A stretch of DNA of 32,000 nt, from assembly GCF_000940845.1 (NCBI RefSeq), contig NZ_CP010341.1, positions 480,001-512,000 of the forward strand, read 5' to 3'. The translations under genes were made by a program, and so were the position numbers. Positions 25,542 through 32,000 of the stretch are shown here, in pieces. The stretch's first letter is position 1. Every line of letters begins with the position of its first letter. The notes under the pieces were generated by a model. That model was not told the origin of the DNA. It saw nothing but the letters and a program-made list of their open reading frames with translations, and made no database searches. Origin of the DNA: Propionibacterium freudenreichii subsp. freudenreichii. GTDB lineage: Bacteria > Actinomycetota > Actinomycetes > Propionibacteriales > Propionibacteriaceae.

Positions 25542-26553
25542 GCGCATCCAGCAGGCCAAGCAGCGGGCCGAGGGATTCTCACCGATCATGGCAGGGCTCG
25601 ACCTGTGGTCGGCGATGACCCTGGAGCTGTCGACACTGGTGGCGAAGGTCACCGACGAGGTGGAGCAGCTGCGCGCCAGCTGCGCCGCCACGCGCTTCCG
25701 TATCGCCCTGGCCAGGCTGCATTGCGATCAGGTGGGCTATTTCACCGTCGAACTCATTGACCAGACGCCGGACTGGCAGCTTGCCGCGCCGGGCATCGTG
25801 TTGCTGTGCCGGGCGCTGTCGCAGGGTGTGGCTGAGACGGCCGGTGCCGTGCAGGGTAATGCGCAACTGGCGGCGAAGGTGGCCTCCGACATCAACGAGA
25901 TGGCCCAGGCGGTGTCGATTCCCCGCACCCTGTTGGCGAGCTGGCAGACGATGGCCGCCGGACGCGAGCTGTCCGACGACCTGCGTGAGCTGATGCCGCA
26001 GGTGGGCAGCACCATCGAGACGACCGCCGAGCAGATCGAGCGGATCGGCCGGGTGGCCGAGGAATGCCGCCGCAACGCCCAGCCCCACGACATCACGGCG
26101 ATCCGGGAGCACGTCATGGCGCTCAGTGATGCGGCCAGCGTGGTGGCAGCGGAAAGCGCCCCGACGCCACATGCCGATCCCCAGCCGGTCGATTCCCCGG
26201 AGGTGGACAGGCAGTACGACGAGCCGCCGGCCCCGCCCAGCGAGACGGTGGCACCCGCAGCTGGGGCGCCTGCCGGCGCACCTGAAGTTGGGACGCCTGC
26301 CGGGGCGCCCGGCAGCGGGGTCCCCGACGCGGGGCAGCCGGGTGGGGAGCAATCACCGGTCCCGTCCCCGACGTTCACGATGCCGGTGCCGCCCGACACC
26401 GGCATGCCCTCCAAGTTGAGCGGTTATGCGCCCTATCGCAGCCCGGCGCAGCAGCCGGCCACGCCGCCGGCCCAGGCATTTCCCCCGCCGCCTGTGCAGC
26501 AGCCCTTCCGGCCCGAGCAGTTCCCGCCGCCGCAGGCCCCCATGGGCCGCTAG
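25399..26553 (+). CDS. helical / proline-rich protein; probable C-terminal continuation of the PAS sensor in the +1 frame
   Basis: Within track ORF 25285..26553. Strong GC3 bias begins at about 25381 (GTG) or 25399 (ATG). About 260 aa of amphipathic helical sequence (LTEELDDWVSLLGRLDELATQLSTLSGELAE...) is followed by a roughly 120-aa Pro/Ala/Gly/Gln-rich tail. No convincing SD precedes either candidate start. Confidence 0.65.
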   Translation: MAVHQRRLTEELDDWVSLLGRLDELATQLSTLSGELAEHSHADAALRERIQQAKQRAEGFSPIMAGLDLWSAMTLELSTLVAKVTDEVEQLRASCAATRFRIALARLHCDQVGYFTVELIDQTPDWQLAAPGIVLLCRALSQGVAETAGAVQGNAQLAAKVASDINEMAQAVSIPRTLLASWQTMAAGRELSDDLRELMPQVGSTIETTAEQIERIGRVAEECRRNAQPHDITAIREHVMALSDAASVVAAESAPTPHADPQPVDSPEVDRQYDEPPAPPSETVAPAAGAPAGAPEVGTPAGAPGSGVPDAGQPGGEQSPVPSPTFTMPVPPDTGMPSKLSGYAPYRSPAQQPATPPAQAFPPPPVQQPFRPEQFPPPQAPMGR

Positions 26554-26790
26554 TTCCTGCTGGGCTCAGCGCAACGGGGCCCACGGGCTGGATGGGCTAC
26601 CGAGCCCCCGGCTAGACGTCGCCGTTGGGTCGGCCGGGTCGGCGCAGGCGGTTCCGCGCCGCGAAGCCGGGTTCGAAAACCTCCTCGGTCACCGTAGGTG
26701 GTTTCGCGCGCTGACCAGGCGCGACCCCGGCCGTCACAGGGTGCAAACATCGGGATGGGGTCGCCGGTGGCGATCCCCGGGGGAGGACAC

Positions 26791-27162
26791 ATGGAGATCG
26801 GGTCACTGGCCGAATGGGTCACCGGATTTGCCGAGGTGCTGGCCGTCTCGGTGGCATTGTTCCTGCCGTCGTGGGAACGCCGCCGCGCCACCAGGGAGAA
26901 GCGGTTGCGGACGTTGCGGACGATTCGCCGGCTCACACCGCGCCTGCTGACACTGCCCGCCACCTCCGATGAGCGCAGTGGCGACCTGAGGATGCTCCAG
27001 ACCTTCCTGATGGTCACGGACATGATGAATATCGATCCCGGCGTCGAGGACGTAATCGATACCGGACAGCAGATCGCCTCCATGGTGCACCAGGGTCAGC
27101 CGGTCAGCGACCACGACGCCGCAGCGATCCGAGCGCTGCTTGATTCGCTGCCGTCGTCATAG
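26791..27162 (+). CDS. hypothetical small protein with N-terminal TM helix
   Basis: In-frame ATG at 26791 within track ORF 26698..27162, with GGGAGGA 6 nt upstream. TM WVTGFAEVLAVSVALFLPSW, then an Arg-rich stretch and a helical acidic domain. GC3 bias supports coding. No family recognised. Confidence 0.6.
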   Translation: MEIGSLAEWVTGFAEVLAVSVALFLPSWERRRATREKRLRTLRTIRRLTPRLLTLPATSDERSGDLRMLQTFLMVTDMMNIDPGVEDVIDTGQQIASMVHQGQPVSDHDAAAIRALLDSLPSS

Positions 27163-27176
27163 GGCGGCCGGGCAGG

Positions 27177-27731
27177 TTACCTGAGGGGTTGCCGGAAGCC
27201 GGCGCGACGGTTCGCGAGGCGCTCCCGAAGAGTCCGGCCCGGGGGAGCGGCCACCTTTTCAGTCGGCTGGTTGAGCTCGAGCATACGAAGGTCACGTTCG
27301 TGGATTGCCTCGTCGCTCATGTCATGGGTATGCACGAAGCGATACCCGTCGATTGCCCGCCAGGCGCCGACCACCAGGAAGGGGGTTCCGACCGAGACGA
27401 TCGGCGGGAGGCGGGGATCCAGCAGGGCAGTCAACGCCACGACCACCACGAGAGTCGCCACCGAGCCGAGCAGGAAGGACGCAACACCCACGGGTGCGAT
27501 GCGGTCTTCGCGCACAGAATAGTGATGGTCGACGACCGCCCTGACGGCCGTGTCAATGAAGGCGGCGACCACCATGAGATAGAAGAGATCCCGAAAGCGC
27601 GGGTCCCCGTGGAAGATCAGGCTCATTCCCCATGCCATTGCCAGATTGATCGGAAGAATGAGCAGCGAAACAATTGCCTGACTGAAAAAGACCCTCGATA
27701 GCGGGGGAAGCTCCTTGTCGCTCATGGCCAT
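27177..27731 (-). CDS. hypothetical 4-TM membrane protein (paralog A)
   Basis: In-frame ATG at 27731 (MAMSDKELPP) within track ORF 27177..27905. Four hydrophobic helices and a charged C-terminal tail. Shares the motif block LPINLAMAWGMSLIFHGDPRFRDLFYLMV with paralog B. Local GC is about 53-55%. Confidence 0.6.
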   Translation of the reverse strand: MAMSDKELPPLSRVFFSQAIVSLLILPINLAMAWGMSLIFHGDPRFRDLFYLMVVAAFIDTAVRAVVDHHYSVREDRIAPVGVASFLLGSVATLVVVVALTALLDPRLPPIVSVGTPFLVVGAWRAIDGYRFVHTHDMSDEAIHERDLRMLELNQPTEKVAAPPGRTLRERLANRRAGFRQPLR

Positions 27732-27983
27732 ATGTCCCGTCCACTCATTGCGGGGGCAGGTAATAATCGAACAGGCGCCAAGCGTCCCAGCGGGGGTCTT
27801 GGCAGTGTCGCTGCCGCTCCTGATCGCGAAGGGCACAAAATGGGCCTGAATGGGTGGTGATGGGACATGACGAACTCCCCGTGTGCGAGGTATTTCGCGG
27901 TACATGGGTCTTGGGGCGGCGTCCCAAGCTTGCTCGACGCCGTCATCATCAATGGAGTTCGGTGGGCCGGGCTCCAGTGCCCA

Positions 27984-28013
27984 ACCGCAGTATCGATCGA
28001 ACCGCAGTATCGA
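27984..28013. repeat. direct repeat ACCGCAGTATCGA x2 (17-bp period)
   Basis: Copies at 27984-27996 and 28001-28013 are identical and separated by TCGA. They lie between the two paralogous membrane-protein genes. Confidence 0.75.
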
Positions 28014-28084
28014 CCCTGCGTGGCGTTCAGCGTAAGCCGGCCCGCAGTGCGGTCAAGGGGCATCCGGCCTCGGCAACGGTTCCG

Positions 28085-28525
28085 TCACACGACCCGGGGA
28101 CGTGATTCGTCCTTGCGGGGATACAACCAGATCTCGGTGACCGCGTCGGTGACGAGCATCGCGACGCCAACGGAGATCAACAGCCCCCGATGCATCCCGG
28201 TGCTCCAGGCGGCAACAACAACGATCAGGGCCACGACCGCAAGATTCGCAAGGATTGGCACCACCGACCGGGGCCTCGCCCGCCGTTCCCGCCGCACAAA
28301 GATCCGCGTGATGAGCACCTGTATCGGTGCGGCCAGGAACGCGCACGGGACGATGGTGAACAGCAGCTCCCGGAACCCGGGGAAGCCGCCGAACAAGAGG
28401 CTTATCGTCCAGGCCACCGCCGCATAGATCGGTATCAGTACCGTGCGCAGGAAGTAGGCCCCTGACAGCGCGGCAGATACTTCGGGATGTCTTCGGTGAC
28501 CATGGCCCACTCCGCCCCCAACCAT
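28085..28525 (-). CDS. hypothetical 4-TM membrane protein (paralog B)
   Basis: Track ORF 28085..28765. Codon bias supports coding only from about ATG 28525 onward; alternatives are GTG 28510 or ATG 28573. Four hydrophobic helices. IPIYAAVAWTISLLFGGFPGFRELLFTIV aligns with the paralog A motif. Confidence 0.55.
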   Translation of the reverse strand: MVGGGVGHGHRRHPEVSAALSGAYFLRTVLIPIYAAVAWTISLLFGGFPGFRELLFTIVPCAFLAAPIQVLITRIFVRRERRARPRSVVPILANLAVVALIVVVAAWSTGMHRGLLISVGVAMLVTDAVTEIWLYPRKDESRPRVV

Positions 28526-28757
28526 TGGTGACAAGAATCTTCGGAAAGCCAGATTGTCGGGGCGGCCGCGCATACGTGGGCCGTCTTTGTCCGTGGGCCT
28601 GCCAGGTCGATGACATGGCCCTAAAGCGTGCGCGGAGTGTGTCCCCAGAGATTCTAGAAGCGCAGCGCCATCAATTCCGGAAGTAGCGCGGACTGCACTC
28701 GCCAGGTGCCGCGCACTGGGGCGAGACTTCGAGCCCGCTTCTGGTGCGTCCACTCGG

Positions 28758-28799
28758 GTGGACACAGTGATGTGGACGCAGTGATGTGGACACAGTGAT
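28758..28799. repeat. 14-bp tandem repeat x3 (iteron-like)
   Basis: GTGGACACAGTGAT / GTGGACGCAGTGAT / GTGGACACAGTGAT. It sits between the pyruvate oxidase 3' end and the paralog B upstream region. Confidence 0.85.
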
Positions 28800-28831
28800 G
28801 GGGTCCCCCCGGTATCAGGAGGACCCCATCA
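28796..28831 (-). terminator. hairpin downstream of the pyruvate oxidase gene (possible terminator)
   Basis: TGATGGGGTCC (28796-28806) / GGACCCCATCA (28821-28831), an 11-bp perfect stem with a 14-nt loop. It lies about 80 nt past the stop at 28910. No clear U-tract. Confidence 0.4.
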
Positions 28832-28909
28832 CGCTGAATCTGTTCTTTGCGCCTTTACCCTGGGTCTTCACGCGGTGCCTTCACACGGCGTCCGCATGGT
28901 GCCCCGACG

Positions 28910-30667
28910 TCACCCCAGGTGAATCCCGTGCCCGGCGAGGATCTCACCGAAGGGACGCAGCGGCGTCGCCTCGTAGTGGGCAGCGAAGTCGTCGAAATCG
29001 GGACGATCGGCGCGGTTCACCGGGTAGGCCTCCACCGGCAGCATCCGGTCATTGGTCACCTTGATGTCGATCACCACCGGCACCTTCGTGTCCGATACCT
29101 CGTCGAGCACCCGGCGCAGCTCGGCCAGCGTGCGCACGGTGTAGCCCTTCACGCCAAACGCCTCGGCCACCTTGGCGAAGTCGACATCGGTCAGCGCCAC
29201 ACCGGAGTGCGGCTGGCGGGTGTCGTCCTGCTCGGCCTCGATGTAACCCAACGACTTGTTGGTGAACACGATGTTGATCACCGGCAGGTTGTGCGCCGCC
29301 TGGGTGGCCAGGTCCTGCACCACCATCGCGAAGCCGCCGTCGCCCGACAGCGTCCAGATCTGGCGGCCCTGGTACTTCAGCGCCGCCGCGATACCGGCCG
29401 GCAGGCCGAAGCCCATCGTCGCGTACAGGGGCGAGGTGACCATCCGCTTGTCGCCGCCCAGCTTCAGGAAGCGTCCGCTGGAGATGTTCACATTGCCCAC
29501 GTCGATGCCGAAGATCGCGTCAGGCTTGGCGTGCTTGTTGATCTCGGCATAGATCGGCTCAATGCGAATCGGCTCGCGGTCATCGGCGGCCTTCGCGTCC
29601 ACCCAGGTGGTCCACTCCGCCTTGTCCTGCTTGGCGGCGGCCAGCCAGTCGGCATGGTCGTTGCGGGCATCGCCCTGCTGGCGCGCCAGCTCCAACAGCT
29701 GACGCAGGAAGGTCGGCGCATCGGCACGCACGCCCAGCGCTGCCGCGTGGCGGGCGCCGATCACCGAGGTCTCGAGGTTGACGTCGATGAAGGTGGCGGT
29801 GGGGGAGAACATGTGGCCACCGAACTCATAGTTCGACCCGGCGAACAGCACCAGGTCGGCCGTCTTGCCCACGTCGACGCCCGGCTTGCCGGCCACGCGT
29901 CCGGTCGGCAGCATGTAGCCGGGATCGTCGTCGGCCACGATGCCCTTGCCCAGGTAGGTGGACACCATCGGCAGCCCCAACAGCTCCGACAGCGCACGGA
30001 TCTCGTCGCCGGCACCCTTGGCGCCCTGGCCGTAGTAGAGGATCGGACGCTGGGCCTCGTTGATCAGGTCGAGGGCGCGGGCCACGTCGGCATCGCGGGC
30101 GGCCAGGTTCCAGTCGGAGGGCGTGAACGCATTCGCCGAGGACACATAGTTGTCCTCGATCGGTGCCCAGCCGAGGTCCTTGGGGATGATCACCACGGCG
30201 ACGCCACGCTTGGAGTAGGCGGTGCGGATCGCGGTGTCAACCACCTGCGGCAGCTGCTCGGCGGTGGTGACGGTGCGCGCATACACCGACACATCGGCGA
30301 ACATCGGGTTCTCGTTGAGCTCCTGGAAGAAGTCGGTGTTCATCATCGCCGTCGGCACCTGGCCGATGAGCGCGAGCACCGGGATGTTGTCCGTCTTGGC
30401 GTCATACAGGCCGTTGAGCAGGTGCGCTGCACCCGGACCGGCCGAGCCGAAGGTGACGGCGATCTTGCCGGTGAGCTTTGCCTCGGCGACGGCCGCCAAC
30501 GCACCGACTTCCTCATGGCGCACTCCGATGTAGCGGATGGAGTCGCGGAAGTCGTGGATGGCATTCATGGTCGAATCGAACGACCCGCCCGGCAACCCGT
30601 AGATGGTGTCGACTCCCCAGTCCTTGAGCACCTGCAGCATGGCATTCGAAGCGTTGACCTTCGTCAT
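28910..30667 (-). CDS. pyruvate oxidase (Pox/SpxB-type ThDP- and FAD-dependent enzyme)
   Basis: 585 aa, with AAGGAGAGG upstream. The N-terminus MLQVLKDWGVDTIYGLPGGSF...VRHEEVGALAA...GSAGPGAAHLLNGLYDA...FQELNENPMF closely parallels lactobacillal and streptococcal pyruvate oxidases. ThDP motif GDGGF...N in the C-terminal part. Confidence 0.9.
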   Translation of the reverse strand: MTKVNASNAMLQVLKDWGVDTIYGLPGGSFDSTMNAIHDFRDSIRYIGVRHEEVGALAAVAEAKLTGKIAVTFGSAGPGAAHLLNGLYDAKTDNIPVLALIGQVPTAMMNTDFFQELNENPMFADVSVYARTVTTAEQLPQVVDTAIRTAYSKRGVAVVIIPKDLGWAPIEDNYVSSANAFTPSDWNLAARDADVARALDLINEAQRPILYYGQGAKGAGDEIRALSELLGLPMVSTYLGKGIVADDDPGYMLPTGRVAGKPGVDVGKTADLVLFAGSNYEFGGHMFSPTATFIDVNLETSVIGARHAAALGVRADAPTFLRQLLELARQQGDARNDHADWLAAAKQDKAEWTTWVDAKAADDREPIRIEPIYAEINKHAKPDAIFGIDVGNVNISSGRFLKLGGDKRMVTSPLYATMGFGLPAGIAAALKYQGRQIWTLSGDGGFAMVVQDLATQAAHNLPVINIVFTNKSLGYIEAEQDDTRQPHSGVALTDVDFAKVAEAFGVKGYTVRTLAELRRVLDEVSDTKVPVVIDIKVTNDRMLPVEAYPVNRADRPDFDDFAAHYEATPLRPFGEILAGHGIHLG

Positions 30668-30714
30668 CGTTGACCTCTCCTTGTTCGTGCCGGGCCCATC
30701 CAGGCATGCCGGCC

Positions 30715-30730
30715 TGTGTCACCTATGACA
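30715..30730. promoter_or_regulatory. CRP/GlxR-like palindrome upstream of pyruvate oxidase
   Basis: TGTGTCACCTATGACA contains TGTCA-N4-TGACA and matches 8/10 of the TGTGA-N6-TCACA half-sites. It lies 48-63 nt upstream of the start codon. Confidence 0.2.
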
Positions 30731-30806
30731 ACCATCCACCCAAGTAGTTAATCCCTCAACCACTTGTGCCAAGTTCATTCCGGGGGAGGTTCGTCCCGGG
30801 GGAGCC

Positions 30807-32000
30807 TCACTCCAGCGGAGCCAAGCGGTCGTCCGGGTCCTGGTCGGCGGGGGCGTTGGGGTCCTCGATGCCCTGGGTGAGCAGCGGCCCGGCATGCAGC
30901 TCCAGGGCCATCTCGTCGGCGTCGAGTGTGGCGAACACGCTGTCGAGGGCCTGGGGACGGAACTTCCCGGTGTCGCGCACGGCCAGCAGGGCATTGCGTT
31001 GCGCGGCGATCACGTTCAGGGCGTAGCGGAACGACAGGGCGCTCACCTGGTTGCGTTGCGCCTGGGTGAGTGTCACCCCCGATTCGCGCATCCGGCTGGT
31101 CAGGTTCCATGCCAGCGAGACGGCCGGGCCGCGGATGTCGCCGGTCACCTCGGAGTCGTCCTCGCCCTGGGCGTTGAGCATCGCCATCAGCTTCGGGGGC
31201 ACCGGCACGTCCTGCGCGGCCTCGCGCATCCGCCCATAGATATCGCGCAGTTCCGCGCGGGTGACCGGACGCGTCTTCGTGGGCTTCACCAGCCGCACCA
31301 ACAGGCTCAGCGTGCTGCCCTGGATCGCCAGGGAGGCGCTGGCCAGCAGGGCGGCGACCAGGATGAGGAAGCTGCGGTGCGGCGTCGATTCGGGCAGCAT
31401 CTGGGCGGCGGCCAGCGTCACCGCGCCGCGCATGCCCGACCACACGATCACCGCGCCCTCGCGGGGGCCGAACGACTGTTCGGTGAAGTAGTCGATGTCG
31501 GCCAGGGCCCGCCAGACGCGGTGCCGGAAAGTGCTTGCGCGCTCGGGGGTGATCGTCATCGAGCGTCCGCCACGGCTCACGGTGGTGGGGCCGTTCTTGA
31601 CCTGCTCGGTCATCTTGCCCGCCATCTCGTTCATCAGCTCGAGGCGCGGGCGCTTCTGTTCGCGCCGGTTGTTGCGCCGCGACGAGCCCAGCACCAGCGG
31701 AACCACCATCACCGCGCGCACCACGATGGTCGCCACCAGGCCGACGCCGGCGACGATCGCGGCGAGCTTGAAGTGCAGCTCGCCGCGGGCCACATCGTGC
31801 AGGATTCCGGGCAATTGGATCCCCATCAGGCCGAAGACGGTGGATTCGAGCACCAGCTGCAGGGTCGCCCACATCTGCCCGGCCGCCACGCGATGGCTGG
31901 AATGCAGGCGCTCGGGGGCCTCGCGTCCCACCACCAGTCCGGCGATGACGGCGGCCACCAGGCCCGAGCCATGCAGCGCATTGGCGGGAAGGTAGGCCAC
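30807..32000 (-). CDS. Na+/H+ antiporter (CPA1 / NhaP-type), 5'-truncated by window end
   Basis: Track ORF 30807..32000. TM-rich N-terminal part (LHGSGLVAAVIAGLVVG, TLQLVLESTVFGLMGIQL, IVWSGMRGAVTLAAA) is followed by a long soluble C-terminal domain, as is typical for actinobacterial Na+/H+ antiporters. The true start lies beyond 32000. Confidence 0.8.
   Translation of the reverse strand: MAYLPANALHGSGLVAAVIAGLVVGREAPERLHSSHRVAAGQMWATLQLVLESTVFGLMGIQLPGILHDVARGELHFKLAAIVAGVGLVATIVVRAVMVVPLVLGSSRRNNRREQKRPRLELMNEMAGKMTEQVKNGPTTVSRGGRSMTITPERASTFRHRVWRALADIDYFTEQSFGPREGAVIVWSGMRGAVTLAAAQMLPESTPHRSFLILVAALLASASLAIQGSTLSLLVRLVKPTKTRPVTRAELRDIYGRMREAAQDVPVPPKLMAMLNAQGEDDSEVTGDIRGPAVSLAWNLTSRMRESGVTLTQAQRNQVSALSFRYALNVIAAQRNALLAVRDTGKFRPQALDSVFATLDADEMALELHAGPLLTQGIEDPNAPADQDPDDRLAPLE

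Noticed and set aside
27722-28063. Small ORFs in the islet spacers (27722..28063 minus, 27854..28105 plus, 27867..28427 plus)
   Set aside because: They show no GC3 bias and have Arg/Pro/Ser-rich junk translations. Some lie antisense to paralog B.
28758-28799. CRISPR array
   Set aside because: The repeats are 14 bp and directly abutting with no spacers. No cas genes are present.
28847-30673. 608-aa ORF on the plus strand
   Set aside because: It lies antisense to pyruvate oxidase. It is a shadow ORF with Arg/Gly/His-rich translation.

Overview
High-GC (about two-thirds G+C by hand counts on sample lines) actinobacterial chromosome, with gene content resembling Propionibacteriaceae; the taxon is an inference only. 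Most of the window is housekeeping or core DNA. In order it carries: tRNA-Leu(CAG) with a terminator, an integral membrane protein, a minus-strand run of cutinase, PEBP/YbhB protein and a large Ski2-like DEAD/DEAH helicase, a degenerate KDPG-aldolase-like gene, an NlpC/P60 peptidoglycan hydrolase with a structured AT-rich leader, pgi, a SanA/DUF218 gene translationally coupled to a beta-lactamase-fold serine hydrolase, a 928-aa FAD/Fe-S D-lactate-dehydrogenase-type oxidoreductase preceded by a GntR/LldR-type palindrome, an acyl-CoA dehydrogenase-family flavoprotein, a secreted alpha/beta-hydrolase coupled to a small membrane-anchored protein, a tight add-sbcD-sbcC block, an Aer-type PAS sensor gene split across two reading frames, a roughly 2.3-kb lower-GC islet with three orphan small membrane proteins (two are tandem paralogs) bounded by a 3x14-bp tandem repeat, an SpxB/Pox-type pyruvate oxidase, and a 5'-truncated Na+/H+ antiporter. 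I saw no rRNA, CRISPR array, transposase, integrase or recognisable defence system. The most unusual items are the frame-split PAS sensor, the low-GC membrane-protein islet with its iteron-like repeats, a 520-bp hairpin-rich convergent intergenic region, and a possible riboswitch or attenuator leader upstream of the NlpC/P60 gene. None of these amounts to a demonstrable new system from sequence alone. The many long ORFs in the track that lie antisense to these genes are high-GC shadow ORFs.
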